Positions 9,714-21,175 are shown, counted from the stretch's first letter. The stretch is DNA of 64,000 nt from an uncultured Planctomycetia bacterium (GCA_964580675.1 CAZOLI010000014.1:14364-78363), one strand, 5' to 3'. Translations and numbers: made by a program. The notes: generated by a model from the letters alone, not told the origin.

Positions 9714-11036
9714 TCAGGTATTCTTCCCGAAAAATGAACTGTGCAGGGCCCGAACAGTCTTTTCCATTTCCTCTTCATCAACGATAAGTGAAAGGTTAAT
9801 TCGCCGCTTGCCCTGCGTGATCATCTGTGGTTCGATCTCCTCCGTCCGCAGCGTGTCAAACACCCGATCATTTACCGAATTCGATGCTTTCATGCCTTCC
9901 CCGACGATACAGACGATGGCCCGGTTGGGAAAAATACTGACCTCCGCGAATTCAGACAATTCTTCCCTGGCCCGGTCAAGATTTTTTCGGGAATCCGTCG
10001 TGCACGAAACGGAGACCTCGGATGTGGATATCATGTCGATAACGACGTCGTGGCGGCCGAACACCTCAAAAATCTTTTCCATGAATCCCGGCCGCTGCAA
10101 CATGTGTGTGGTACTGATATCGATCAGGTGAATGCCCTCTTTACAGACGATGGACGTCACGTCGCGTTTCGGTTCACAGGATTCTACGATGACGGTTCCG
10201 TTCGATTCCGGATCAAACGTATTCAGCATTCGAATCGGAATGTTTTGTTTAACGGCCGGCACGAGCGTGGACGGGTGAATTCGTCCCCCGTAATACGCCA
10301 GTTCACTGGCCTCGGGAAAGGACATTTGATCGATTGATTGGGCGTTTTCCACAAGGGATGGAGCGGAGGTCATCACACCGGAGACGTCGCTCCAGAGCTG
10401 AATTTCGTCCACTCCGACGGCGGCACCGACGAAGGAAGCGGTGTAATCGCTCCCGTTCCGACCGAGAGTGGTTACGTCCCCCTCACGATTTTTCCCGATG
10501 AATCCGGTGATCACCGGAATGGTGTCGAGGTCCTCGAGGTGATCTCGAATTTTTGTGGCGGCGGTTGGCAGAGGACTGGCCTGGCCAAAATTGGAGTCGG
10601 TAATCATGCCGAGATCATAGGCATCAAAGGCTTTCGCATTCACCCCGTTTTCGCGGAGACGGGCGGCAACCGTCCGTGTTGATATTCGCTCCCCGAACGA
10701 AAGCACGTAATCGAGCGTTCGGGGGGTGAGTTCCTTCACCATGGAAATACCGCGGAGAAGAACATCAAGCTCATCGAGCAACCCCTCAACGGTTTCGGTT
10801 AGTTCCTCGTCGTCCATCTGCTCGAGGATATCCATGTGGCGCTTTCGGATCCGATCTCCCGGTTCCTCTCCCTCCGACACACGATTTGCCTCCGACTCAA
10901 GCATATCCGTCACCCCCCCATGAGCCGACACAACCAGAATGGGTTTCCGGTCCTCATGGCTCCGGACGATGTCCACCACCCGGTCAATTCGATCCAGATT
11001 CGCGACGGAGGTTCCCCCGAATTTCATCACAATCAT
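9714..11036 (-). CDS. lysC: aspartate kinase
   Basis: N-terminal MIVMKFGGTSVANLDRIDRV and ILVVSAHGGVTD. C-terminal ACT domains. Confidence 0.9.
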   Translation of the reverse strand: MIVMKFGGTSVANLDRIDRVVDIVRSHEDRKPILVVSAHGGVTDMLESEANRVSEGEEPGDRIRKRHMDILEQMDDEELTETVEGLLDELDVLLRGISMVKELTPRTLDYVLSFGERISTRTVAARLRENGVNAKAFDAYDLGMITDSNFGQASPLPTAATKIRDHLEDLDTIPVITGFIGKNREGDVTTLGRNGSDYTASFVGAAVGVDEIQLWSDVSGVMTSAPSLVENAQSIDQMSFPEASELAYYGGRIHPSTLVPAVKQNIPIRMLNTFDPESNGTVIVESCEPKRDVTSIVCKEGIHLIDISTTHMLQRPGFMEKIFEVFGRHDVVIDMISTSEVSVSCTTDSRKNLDRAREELSEFAEVSIFPNRAIVCIVGEGMKASNSVNDRVFDTLRTEEIEPQMITQGKRRINLSLIVDEEEMEKTVRALHSSFFGKNT

Positions 11037-11585
11037 GGTTTCATCGTTCCGAGTTTGGTTTAGCGGGAACTGCGGTTCTACGTTTATTGTACCACCGCCA
11101 CCCCAGTAAGACCAGCGTAATCCGGACGTCCTGTTCCAGCAACTGATATAAACAGAGATTCACCGGAAGGAATTTGCTTTTTGAAGAAATCATTTAGCCC
11201 ACGCTCACCGATCTCCCTCACCGGGAAATTCTCATATACCCGTGATCAAACGGTAAACAGTAGGTCCAGGCGAAGTCCAGGGAACAGTTCCTTCTATCCA
11301 ACCATGGCCGAACCAGAATTTCAATAACCGACAGGAGGTTAAGAACCGACGGAATGGGGCGGAAGGGCACGAGTCAATATCCGTGGGAAGCGATCTTCCA
11401 TTCTCATCATCCAGTACCGCACAGTTCAAACCAATTCAACAGAGGCTCGAATTCGTACCTTGACAGTTATTGCACAAATAAAATATAATAATTACACATC
11501 TTTTGAGGACTTTTCATTTACGTTAAGTTCTCCATGCAGATTTTGTCCGTCGACAGAACTTCAGTTACTTGATGATTTTCAGGAA

Positions 11586-12596
11586 ATGCCGGTAACAAAA
11601 CAAAAATACTCCGATGCCGAAATTCAGGAAACCGCGAATCGCCTCTACGAGAAAGTAGACGGGGTAAAGACAAAATTTGAATGCAGGGCTTACGCGCCGC
11701 TCATTCTTGAAATAAAAGAGCTGAAAGAGAAGAAAAACGCCGTCATTCTCGGTCACAACTACCAGGTGCCGGAAATATTTCACGGCATAAGCGATTACAC
11801 AGGAGACTCCCTCGGACTCAGCAAAAAAGCCTCGGAAACGGACGCGGAGATAATCGTGTTCTGCGGAGTACATTTTATGGCCGAGTCCGCCAAGGTGATG
11901 AATCCCGATCGAACGGTTATTCTCCCGAGCATGGAGGCGGGATGTTCTCTCGCGGAAAGCATCACGGCGGAGGATGTTCGTGAACTAAAAGAAGAAAACC
12001 CGGGGGTCCCGGTTGTGACGTACGTGAACACATCAGCGGCCGTCAAAGCGGAATCCGATGTTTGCTGCACCTCCGCCAATTCACTGAAAGTCATTGAATC
12101 GCTGGATTCCGATCGGGTGATCTTCATTCCGGACGAATACCTGTCCGAAAACGTGGCGAAGAAAACCTCCAAGGAAATCATCACCTGGAACGGTCGGTGT
12201 GTGGTTCACGAGGAATTTACCGTTCAGGACATCAAATACCACCGGAACACGTTTGACGACCTCGCGGTTCTCGCTCATCCCGAATGTTCCACCGATGTGG
12301 TTGAGGAAGCGGATTTCACGGGCTCGACCTCGGCCATGATGAACTACGTCGGGGAAATCGATAATGATCGCATTATGATGGTCACCGAATGCTCGATGTC
12401 CGACAACGTAAAAGAACGGTACCCGGAGAAAGAATTTATCTCCACCTGTGTGACCTGTCCGTACATGAAAGAAATCACCCTGGAACGAACCCTCGAATCC
12501 TTGAAGAACGAGGAACCCAAAGTGGAGGTACCACCCGAGGTGCGCAAAGGAGCCCGGAAGGCCCTTGAACGCATGATGGAAATAGGGCGAGGGTAA
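11586..12596 (+). CDS. nadA: quinolinate synthase A
   Basis: Contains ILGHNYQVPEIFHGISDYTGDSL and FCGVHFMAES. The start is placed at the ATG (MPVTKQKY) that gives the canonical NadA length. The ORF extends upstream to 11460. Confidence 0.85.
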   Translation: MPVTKQKYSDAEIQETANRLYEKVDGVKTKFECRAYAPLILEIKELKEKKNAVILGHNYQVPEIFHGISDYTGDSLGLSKKASETDAEIIVFCGVHFMAESAKVMNPDRTVILPSMEAGCSLAESITAEDVRELKEENPGVPVVTYVNTSAAVKAESDVCCTSANSLKVIESLDSDRVIFIPDEYLSENVAKKTSKEIITWNGRCVVHEEFTVQDIKYHRNTFDDLAVLAHPECSTDVVEEADFTGSTSAMMNYVGEIDNDRIMMVTECSMSDNVKERYPEKEFISTCVTCPYMKEITLERTLESLKNEEPKVEVPPEVRKGARKALERMMEIGRG

Positions 12597-12722
12597 ATAG
12601 ATTTGAACAAACGAATACCGCCGTTTGTCGTACATTAATGAAGGAATTTTCCAGCTCCTGTAAACCCCGTATTTTTGAGAATTGCGTTTTACATTCGTTC
12701 ACTTCCGTTTCTGGAGAACAAC

Positions 12723-14912
12723 ATGAAAAAGAACATCGCCGCAGCGGGAATGTCCCTCCTGCTTGTTTTCTTTGGCTTTCTGCAGACCGCAACGGCTCAG
12801 GACGCCGGTGTCTCGATCATTGCCGAGGAGGCGACGGACAAATCCGGTGAGGAATTCTGGATTCAGGCCCAGAAACTGGTAAACTACGCGGAAGAAAACC
12901 GGGATACGCTCCGGAGCATGATTACCGGATCAAAGCCAAAAGTCCGGATTGTGTCGGCGTTTGCCCTTTACACACAGGCCCGACAGATGGAGGCCGATAA
13001 CCTCGATCTTGAAAAAAACCTGAAACGGGAGGCTCTCAAAGCACTCACCGACGTGGTGAAGAAAAATAAAGGGGAACCGCGCAATCTTGCCGCAAAAGCC
13101 ATAACCACGTTGACCCGTGAAGACGCCAATTACGGCGATGTGGATCCCTATATGACGAATCTGAAGAACATTCTTAGTGACACGTCCGACAACAGATCAA
13201 AACTGGAGGTGGCCCGGGCATTGTTTGCCATTAGCGGGTTCAGCATAAAGGCGGTATCGGCCGTCGAGGACGTCATGAATAGCACGGACGACCGCATCCT
13301 GAAATTCGACGCCGCCGTGGCTCTGACCAACATGGACAAGTACGACAAAGCGAAACCGATCCTGAAGGAATACAGCAAACTCCCGTCCGAAAAAGGAGAC
13401 ACGGCAAGGATGCTGCTCAACCGGATTAGCCTTGCGGAGGACCTCGAACGGTTGCAGTCCGGTTCCGGCGGCGGAAGTTATCCCCTCGTGGACGAAGTGC
13501 TATCCAAGATCAACAAGTTTTACGTGGACGAGGACAAAATCTCCAGGCAGGAACTGATCCAAGGGGCCGCCGAGGGGATGATGAACAAACTCGACCGGTT
13601 CTCCACCTTCCTGGACAAAGAACAATTCAAAAGCCTGCAGGAAGATATTAACCGTGAATACGGGGGTATCGGGGCCATTGTAACCATGAAAGACGGGTAC
13701 CTCACGATCGAACGCCCCATTTACGACGGTCCGGCGTATGAAGCGGGTATTCGAACCAACGATCAGATTGTGGAAGTAGAAGGCAAATCCACGTACCAGA
13801 AAACACTTTCCGAACTCGTGGACAAACTTAAAGGGAAACCCGGAACAGAGGTAAACGTAAAAGTTATGCGCCGGGGCTGGACCGACGCCCGGAAAATGAC
13901 CATCACCCGGGGAAAGATTGATATGGACACGGTTCGACACCGTATGCTGCCGGGGAAAATCGGATATATTTCTATCGTGACTTTCGGGGACGGCACTACC
14001 GAAGAACTGGAATCAGCCGTCCGCGACCTGAAGCAAAACGGCGTGCAGTCCGTCATTGTTGACGTTCGGCGGAACACGGGTGGATACCTGAGCGCTGCCG
14101 TTGGTGTCTGTGATGTGTTCCTGAAAAAAGGAGAAAAAGTCGTTTCCATCAAGGGCAAGCTGCGGAAACGAGAAAAATTCGCGAGCAAGGAACAGCTATA
14201 CGACGGTCCACTGACCGTTCTGGTGGACGACGGAAGCGCCAGTGCGAGCGAAATTTTTTCCGGCACAATGCAGGACCACAACCGGGCAACAATCATCGGT
14301 CAGAGAACCTACGGAAAGGGGAGTGTTCAAAAACTCGAAAAATTAAAATCGCTCGACAACAAGGCCGCCATCAAAATCACCTGGGCAAAGTACTACCTTC
14401 CGTCCGGTCGGGAAATTCACAAGCCCAAAGAAAACACGCCGAAATCCGAAGAATGGGGCATAAAACCGGACGTGTCCATTGAACGGGAACAGCGTGATTT
14501 CTGGTTTGCCTACGCGTCCCAGAAACTCCTGGACACCAAAGCCCCCCTTGAATACTTCAAAAAGCACCGGGACGAGCACCTGGACAAATTCAAAAATCTG
14601 GCCCAGTTTGACGGGTTTGAATGGAAGAAATATCCCGACTTCGAAAAATTCTACAACGGCCTGGACACGAAACTAAATAAGAATTACGTCCGGAAATTGC
14701 TCCGGCAGGAAATTCGGAGAAAGGTAGCGGACATCCGGGGACAGGCCTTCATCTACGACCTCCAGGATGATCTTCAACTTCAGCGCTCGGTGTATGAACT
14801 CCTGAAGGGCCGGGACGAAAGCCCGGAGGACTACACCCAGTACAAACACTTTTCCGACAAATTCACGGAAGGGAATAAAAAAGAGGACGAAAATTCCGGG
14901 GACGGAAATTAA
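12723..14912 (+). CDS. Prc/Tsp-like carboxy-terminal processing protease (S41 family) with an N-terminal helical repeat domain
   Basis: Signal peptide (MKKNIAAAGMSLLLVFFGFLQTATAQ). PDZ plus S41 blocks (GKIGYISIVTFGDG, VIVDVRRNTGGYL, DGSASASEIFSGTMQDHNRATIIGQRTYGKGSVQ). Confidence 0.8.
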   Translation: MKKNIAAAGMSLLLVFFGFLQTATAQDAGVSIIAEEATDKSGEEFWIQAQKLVNYAEENRDTLRSMITGSKPKVRIVSAFALYTQARQMEADNLDLEKNLKREALKALTDVVKKNKGEPRNLAAKAITTLTREDANYGDVDPYMTNLKNILSDTSDNRSKLEVARALFAISGFSIKAVSAVEDVMNSTDDRILKFDAAVALTNMDKYDKAKPILKEYSKLPSEKGDTARMLLNRISLAEDLERLQSGSGGGSYPLVDEVLSKINKFYVDEDKISRQELIQGAAEGMMNKLDRFSTFLDKEQFKSLQEDINREYGGIGAIVTMKDGYLTIERPIYDGPAYEAGIRTNDQIVEVEGKSTYQKTLSELVDKLKGKPGTEVNVKVMRRGWTDARKMTITRGKIDMDTVRHRMLPGKIGYISIVTFGDGTTEELESAVRDLKQNGVQSVIVDVRRNTGGYLSAAVGVCDVFLKKGEKVVSIKGKLRKREKFASKEQLYDGPLTVLVDDGSASASEIFSGTMQDHNRATIIGQRTYGKGSVQKLEKLKSLDNKAAIKITWAKYYLPSGREIHKPKENTPKSEEWGIKPDVSIEREQRDFWFAYASQKLLDTKAPLEYFKKHRDEHLDKFKNLAQFDGFEWKKYPDFEKFYNGLDTKLNKNYVRKLLRQEIRRKVADIRGQAFIYDLQDDLQLQRSVYELLKGRDESPEDYTQYKHFSDKFTEGNKKEDENSGDGN

Positions 14913-15042
14913 CCGGAACACAAACGCCAACGAACCGGAGTGCCTGTTTCCATAATTACCCCACAGCACCTCCGCCCGGGATTCGCCAGCGTGTCATCCA
15001 TAAAACCACCGGCCTCTACGTATCCATCAATCCTTCAATCTG

Positions 15043-15789
15043 ATGTTGGACGATAAACAGGCCGATCGATACAGCCGGCAGATCGTTCTACCGGAGGTGG
15101 GCGGATCGGGACAGGAACGGCTGCTAAATGCCTCCGTCCTGATTGTCGGTGCCGGTGGGCTCGGCTGTCCCGTTGCCACGGCACTTTGTGGCGCGGGTGT
15201 GGGGAAACTTACCATTTATGATTTCGATACCGTTGAGCTTTCCAATCTCCACCGGCAGACGCTCTTTCGTGAGGAAGACATTGGTCTACCGAAAGCCGAC
15301 GTGGTCCGGAACCGCCTGAACGGCCTGAACCCGGACTGCGAAATTAGATCGGTAAACGAAACACTGGACGCAGGCAAGCTGGAGGAGGAGCTCGAAGATC
15401 ACCACCTCGTCGTCGAAGGCTCCGATGCCTTCGACACGAAATTTATGGTGAACGACGGCTGTGTGAAACAGGGAGTCCCCATGGTCCTGGGCGGCATCCT
15501 ACGGCACACCGGCCAGGTCCTGAGCGTGCTTCCCGGCGAATCCGCCTGTTACCGATGCATTTTTGAATCTCCGCCACCGGAAACGGAAGTGCCGGACTGC
15601 AGCGAAGCCGGTGTTCTCGGAGCACTTGCCGGAACCATCGGCAATCTTCAGGCCTACGAGGTGAAAAAAATTATTCTCGGGTTCGGTACTCCCCTTTTCG
15701 GTACACTCCTGGAAATCCACCCCGATAAGATGGATTTTCGAACCGTTCCGTTCGAATCAAATCCCGACTGTCCGGCCTGTACCGGATAA
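15043..15789 (+). CDS. ThiF/MoeB-family E1-like adenylyltransferase
   Basis: Contains VLIVGAGGLGCPVATALCGAGVGKLTIYDFDTVELSNLHRQ. A single CYRC motif. No ThiS/MoaD-like small ORF seen adjacent. Confidence 0.8.
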   Translation: MLDDKQADRYSRQIVLPEVGGSGQERLLNASVLIVGAGGLGCPVATALCGAGVGKLTIYDFDTVELSNLHRQTLFREEDIGLPKADVVRNRLNGLNPDCEIRSVNETLDAGKLEEELEDHHLVVEGSDAFDTKFMVNDGCVKQGVPMVLGGILRHTGQVLSVLPGESACYRCIFESPPPETEVPDCSEAGVLGALAGTIGNLQAYEVKKIILGFGTPLFGTLLEIHPDKMDFRTVPFESNPDCPACTG

Positions 15790-15912
15790 ATGAATTTGAC
15801 AGTCCCCCGCCTCTGAAAACTCCCCATCAAATATACCCAGGTGAACTGGTCGTAACCGCCGACGGAGTCTCCGTGCAAAGAAAAGGACTCCGTCAAACTC
15901 AACTCTTGACTC

Positions 15913-17583
15913 TTACTCTTCCTCAAACGTCTTGAACTTCTGTTTTAGCCGGTCTCGCTCCTCATTCGTCCAACCCTCCGGTTCGGTGAGGTGATACCAG
16001 GACTCAAAGTAATCCACCGCCCGGTAATTGTGGCCGTATCCGGGAGGGGCGTGTCCAAATGCAATATCCGCCCCGATTTGAAACCCCGTAACGACGGGAA
16101 ACCACCGTAGTTCACTCGATACATCCGGGCCGGTTGTCCCCTCCATCCAGGACGACGTCCGGTAGAAAATATCCGGATTAAAAAACGTGACCGGGTCACT
16201 TGCATACTGCAGATACGCAATACGAAACGAACCCCACGGGGCCTTCCCTTCGTCCAGTCCCCCGTTCTGATTTGCAAAGCGAACGACGGAGCCATCACGA
16301 AACCGTGGTTTCCAGGCCAGTGATTCTGGTTTTCTTCTTTCGGTGATGGATTGCCATGTTTCACTTCGAAAAGGAGGGCCCGCCCATAGCACACCGCTAA
16401 AGGGTTCGTCAATGATGTCGTAGAAATCGAACGAACGGTCGGAATTCAATGCACCGAGGCTCAACCCGAACAGGTATAACTTCGGACGTTCCCCCTCCGG
16501 TCGTTCCTTCCAGTACCCGTACACGCTCCGAAACACCTCCCGGGCGGTCTCAACGCCGTACGATTCTCTGGTCCAGAGGGCAAGTGGACTGGGGAGGTAT
16601 GAATACTGGGCGGCTGCCGTGGCCACGTCTCCACGGTGAAGGTACTCAAGCGGTGCAATGGCTGATTCATCCACCCATCCCGTACCGGTCGGGGTAACCA
16701 GCACAAGGATCGACCGATGAAACGCATTGACCCGTTGAAGTTCCCGAAGAACCAGCTCGGCCCGCTCCTCGGGTGTCTCCCCATTGTTTAGACCGGCATA
16801 AACCCGAATAGGGGTTTTGACGGGTTTATTGGTAAACTCTTTTATGTCCGAGACCTTCGTTGTCCGTGACACAAACCGCCGTCCGCTCCGACCCATTCCT
16901 TCCCATTCCAGGTGCGATGCCGAGCTGCCGGGGTGTATCGGGGTCGACGGGCTTTCCACCTCCGGGTCCATCACCGAATCAAAAGCTCTGTACGTGCTGT
17001 CAGCCACCCGGAGGAGGAAGGCAAAAAACACACCGTTAATAACAATCCAGAACAGGGCAATGGCGGCCCCCAGACCGAGTAGGTTTGAAACAGGCCTTGA
17101 GATGAACTTCTGAAGTTTTGTGGATAACAGTTGAAAGGTCCGGCGAAATATAAAGGCCAAACCGAGAACCAAAAGAAAAAGACCAAGAGACACCAGCCCG
17201 ATCACCAGCTGATGAAAACCCGCCGTTTTCTCCATCCCCATGAGTTCCCGGATCGAGTTCTGCCAGCCGTTCGCCCACCACAGAAAGAAAAACGCAAGAA
17301 CCGTACAGAAAACAGTAAAAATGACTTTTAGGTTCCGGCGCAGTTTTCCCTTTATTTCCGGCAGGCCGAGGTAATTCCACAGCCAGTTACCGCCAACCCC
17401 CAGACCATAACCCGCCGAGAGCGAACAACCGGAAATAAGACCCTGAACAAAACTTGTCCGGGGCAGAAGACTGGGGGTTAGAGAAAAAGCAAAAAAGACC
17501 GTGCCGGTCAGTAATCCGGGCGTGGAATACCTGCGATCAATAAAAAGGAGAAACAATTTGATGTTGTCCCAGACTGATTGCAT
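15913..17583 (-). CDS. membrane-anchored alpha/beta-hydrolase (Abhydrolase_9-like)
   Basis: N-terminal multi-TM region, then a hydrolase domain with a GLSLG nucleophile-elbow motif (LYLFGLSLGALNS). Confidence 0.6.
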   Translation of the reverse strand: MQSVWDNIKLFLLFIDRRYSTPGLLTGTVFFAFSLTPSLLPRTSFVQGLISGCSLSAGYGLGVGGNWLWNYLGLPEIKGKLRRNLKVIFTVFCTVLAFFFLWWANGWQNSIRELMGMEKTAGFHQLVIGLVSLGLFLLVLGLAFIFRRTFQLLSTKLQKFISRPVSNLLGLGAAIALFWIVINGVFFAFLLRVADSTYRAFDSVMDPEVESPSTPIHPGSSASHLEWEGMGRSGRRFVSRTTKVSDIKEFTNKPVKTPIRVYAGLNNGETPEERAELVLRELQRVNAFHRSILVLVTPTGTGWVDESAIAPLEYLHRGDVATAAAQYSYLPSPLALWTRESYGVETAREVFRSVYGYWKERPEGERPKLYLFGLSLGALNSDRSFDFYDIIDEPFSGVLWAGPPFRSETWQSITERRKPESLAWKPRFRDGSVVRFANQNGGLDEGKAPWGSFRIAYLQYASDPVTFFNPDIFYRTSSWMEGTTGPDVSSELRWFPVVTGFQIGADIAFGHAPPGYGHNYRAVDYFESWYHLTEPEGWTNEERDRLKQKFKTFEEE

Positions 17584-18029
17584 GATTCCAGACCAATTAA
17601 TGATCGTTCAGAACGTCCCCATCGTTCTGTTTGGGTGGGTAATACCACTCATACCACTCGACGCCAGCGATTGCCCAAAGTACCGTAACTGTCATTTCGG
17701 ATGACAATTATAAAGAATATCCGGTCCTGACAATAATGAATACCCAGAACTCCCTCATTTTTCGAGGGGATTCAGTTCTTTTTCGGAAGACATCGAACAG
17801 ATCGAGGAGAACTTTTCAGGCCCGGGCCCGGGTCCGGGACATGGCTTCTGGCAAACCGAAAGAACACGCTTCCAATGAATCCAATACCGGGCCCTGCCAA
17901 CAATTGTTCTCGAAAAACCCTACAATGAGTAATGTAAAAGAGATTCTCACATGGACAAACCCATCCAGGTTTGCGGTCGAAACCATTCCATTTTAAAAAC
18001 CATCATGAAACTTTGAACACAGGATCAGC

Positions 18030-19484
18030 GTGACTGAACCGAAACACACCATACTTCTGGCCGGCGCCACGGGATACATCGGTGGATTGCTTCTGCCGCG
18101 ACTTCGGGAACGGGAGGAACGGCTTCGCTGCCTGGCCCGTTCGCCCGAAAAATTACAGCACCTGTTTGGGACGGACGTGGACGTGGTCCAGGCAAACGTA
18201 CTGAAACCGGAAACCCTTCCGGCGGCGATGGAGGATGTTGACGTTGCTTATTACCTGATCCACTCCATGGGTACCGGTGGTGATTTTCACGAGCGGGACG
18301 TCACCGGGGCCCGGAACTTCGCGGAGGCAGCGGAGGAAGCCGGGGTACAGCGAATTATTTATCTCGGGGGTCTTGCCCGGGGGGAACCGTCCGAACTCTC
18401 CGATCACCTGAAGAGCCGAATGGAGGTGGGGAATATTCTCGACTCCACCTCAGTGCCTGTTACGGAACTTCGCGCATCAATCATTATTGGTGCCGGCAGT
18501 GCGTCGTTCGAAATTATCCGGGATCTGGTCGACAAACTACCCCTAATGATCACGCCGAAATGGGTAAATTCCCGATGCGAACCGATTGCCGTAAGGGACG
18601 TAATTTCCTATCTTGTTGGCTGTCTGGACAACGGAGAAACAGCGGGGATGACCCTGGAGATCGGAGGCGGAGAGGTTTTTACGTACGCGGAGATGATGAA
18701 GATCGTCGCGGAGGTGATGAACCGGGCCGTCTACATGATCACGGTACCGGTTCTAACCCCTCGACTTTCGGCGTACTGGCTGAATCTAATTACCTCCGTT
18801 CCCATGGAAATTGCGTATCCACTCGTGGATGGCCTTCGGAACGATTCCTACTGCACGGACCACAGAATTCAAGAACTTATTCCGTTCGAACGCTTATCGT
18901 TTCGTGAGGCCCTGCGAAGGTCATTTGAACAGGAATCGAATGAAACAATCTCATCCCGATGGACCACGGCCAGCCATCGGAGTACCCCCACCGTCGAAGC
19001 CGGGCCGGATCGGGCCACGGATCCCCTTCGAGATCGTCAGATCATCAACACGACGGCCTCGCCGGCGGACCTTTTTCACGTCATCTCCCGCATCGGGGGA
19101 AAATCGGGTTACTACTTCGGAAATTTCCTCTGGAAACTTCGAGGGTTTGTGGATCGGCTGCTGGGAGGACCGGGTTGCCGACGGGGACGCCGGCATCCGA
19201 GCGAATTGAAGCCCGGTGACACCATTGATTTCTGGCGCGTGGAGGTCGTGAGGAAAAACCGGTACTTACGTCTTCGAGCGGAAATGAAATTGCCCGGGAC
19301 GGCCTGGCTGGAGTTTCAGATTACGCCGGAACAGGAGGGATCAACCACGTTCCGACAGGAGGCTACATTTGCTGTTCACAACCTGCCGGGATACCTGTAC
19401 TGGTTTGTCCTGCTACCGATCCACCTGGTTCTCTTCCGAAACCTGGCCAAACAGATCGTCGCGAGAGCGGAGGGAAACGCATAA
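18030..19484 (+). CDS. NAD(P)-binding (NmrA/atypical SDR-like) protein fused to a DUF2867-like C-terminal domain
   Basis: ILLAGATGYIGGLL Rossmann motif. The C-terminal half resembles DUF2867. GTG start. Confidence 0.65.
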   Translation: MTEPKHTILLAGATGYIGGLLLPRLREREERLRCLARSPEKLQHLFGTDVDVVQANVLKPETLPAAMEDVDVAYYLIHSMGTGGDFHERDVTGARNFAEAAEEAGVQRIIYLGGLARGEPSELSDHLKSRMEVGNILDSTSVPVTELRASIIIGAGSASFEIIRDLVDKLPLMITPKWVNSRCEPIAVRDVISYLVGCLDNGETAGMTLEIGGGEVFTYAEMMKIVAEVMNRAVYMITVPVLTPRLSAYWLNLITSVPMEIAYPLVDGLRNDSYCTDHRIQELIPFERLSFREALRRSFEQESNETISSRWTTASHRSTPTVEAGPDRATDPLRDRQIINTTASPADLFHVISRIGGKSGYYFGNFLWKLRGFVDRLLGGPGCRRGRRHPSELKPGDTIDFWRVEVVRKNRYLRLRAEMKLPGTAWLEFQITPEQEGSTTFRQEATFAVHNLPGYLYWFVLLPIHLVLFRNLAKQIVARAEGNA

Positions 19485-19602
19485 TCTCACAAAACCCTCC
19501 CCTCCACTGCGATTTTTGTCCCGCGAACACTGCCCTCCGAACGGCTCCGTTTCGTCTATTCCCGTAAATTAGGAAACCCGTTTTCCTTCCAAAGCCCTCT
19601 GA

Positions 19603-20748
19603 TTAATCGGGCAACGAAACTGAGGAGGGATCGTCAAACAAATTCCATTTTTTGGCGGGGACGTCACGAAAGGCGTTCCGGAATCGTTCGGATGAAGGGT
19701 CTTCATCGGTTACGTTATGAATCAGAATACCGTCGACCCGGTCGGGGTATCTTCGAGCAATCTCGCCATAGATTTCCGGATCTTTCTCTCCGGCGTCGCC
19801 GACCAGCACAAACTGGCGTTCCGGATACCGCTTTATGTACGTAAGAATACGGGGTGTTTTCTTCTCTTCAGAGGACGCAAACAGGTTTCGAATTCGGAAA
19901 TCGTCGAACTGAACCCGAAGGAGATCAACGGGACCTGCCGGAAAGTCGTGCTTGTTCAAAAACGGCTCAAGGTGAGGATATAGCTGCCATGGACTATTGG
20001 ACAGATAAATAACGTCGGCCCTATGTTCACTTCGCCACGCTTTGTAACGCTCCGACATCCCCGAAACAGGCCTGAATGGCTTCAGGAAGGTGTTTTGGAG
20101 TAATTTTCGGTGATTCGTTACGTTCGAAATTTTAATGGTATCGTCGATGTCGCTTATGACCGTCAGACCGGTGGGTCTCATCAGATGTATGGACCCGGAA
20201 TAGGTATTATCGTTGGCTGCACCTGTAATCACCCGGTACGTAATCCGGCCCTGATTCGCGTGTTCCTGCACTCGTTCCTTCGACAATTCCAGAACCGTGT
20301 CCACGTGTCCATCCCCGTCGGATTCCGGTAGAAGAAACTGCTTGCCGGCGATTTCGATCGTCAGTTCCTTTCCCCCTTCGTTGTCCGCAAGAAACGGACG
20401 GACCCGACGGCGGAGACGACGCTCTTCCTCTTCACTCAGGTCGTCTTCCTCAATCGCTTCCTCAAATACTTCCGCAACCTGATTTCGCGCGAAGCTGCCC
20501 TTTTCGGGTTCGTAAATCCAGGCGTGAACGGGAAGGTGCCACGTTTCTCCATCATCGGAGAGCCAGCCGGCACTCGAAAACAATTCCACCCGTTCGTCGG
20601 ATTTGACCCGGTCCTTCTTCGGGATCCTCCTTGAGGATTTTCGACCGTTATCCGGTTTGCAGACCGTCAACGAAATGAACAGAAATACGACAAGCCCTCC
20701 CTTTATCGCCGTCGAACAGTACGCAGATAAATGGTTTACTCTCATCAT
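19603..20748 (-). CDS. App1-family (DUF2183) HAD-like phosphatase, probable lipoprotein
   Basis: VISDIDDTIKISNV DxDxT motif and overall App1-like layout. N-terminal hydrophobic segment with Cys (FISLTVC). Confidence 0.6.
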   Translation of the reverse strand: MMRVNHLSAYCSTAIKGGLVVFLFISLTVCKPDNGRKSSRRIPKKDRVKSDERVELFSSAGWLSDDGETWHLPVHAWIYEPEKGSFARNQVAEVFEEAIEEDDLSEEEERRLRRRVRPFLADNEGGKELTIEIAGKQFLLPESDGDGHVDTVLELSKERVQEHANQGRITYRVITGAANDNTYSGSIHLMRPTGLTVISDIDDTIKISNVTNHRKLLQNTFLKPFRPVSGMSERYKAWRSEHRADVIYLSNSPWQLYPHLEPFLNKHDFPAGPVDLLRVQFDDFRIRNLFASSEEKKTPRILTYIKRYPERQFVLVGDAGEKDPEIYGEIARRYPDRVDGILIHNVTDEDPSSERFRNAFRDVPAKKWNLFDDPSSVSLPD

Positions 20749-21175
20749 TTGACGGAACAGGTCTTCGTTCGGACTCTCTCGAAAAAACCCTTCATACCAC
20801 CCGGTAAAGAGGCCGTCGACATGAACAATTGTTGCCGGAGTACAATGTTCAGACTTTGCCCTTCGGTTTCAAGAACTGATCAAACCGAAAATGCACCGGA
20901 CGGCAAAAAACACCCACGGAACGTCGTTGCCATCAACGGCCTGCTTCATAGAGAATGTTTGGCCCGAAGGTTCAGGAGGTCAACTGGATTAGCTTCATCC
21001 TGTTCATCCCGTCAAAGAAAATGCTGTCTAAAACAAAAATCATTGAACGGGTTCACCAGCGGGGTTCTATAAAGCATGCTACCTCAAAACCTTTGATCTT
21101 GCTGTTCGTCAACGGGTTTATATAACCGGGCGCACTCGGTATAATATTCGGTGTGGCTGAAGTTTTGAGGAAATA

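Noticed and set aside
12081-12635. A 184-aa minus-strand ORF overlapping nadA
   Set aside because: It is antisense to NadA, which carries clear family motifs. There is no signature of its own.
17736-17996. An 86-aa ORF in the divergent spacer between the hydrolase and NAD-binding genes
   Set aside because: It has no motifs and odd composition. It is probably non-coding promoter region.
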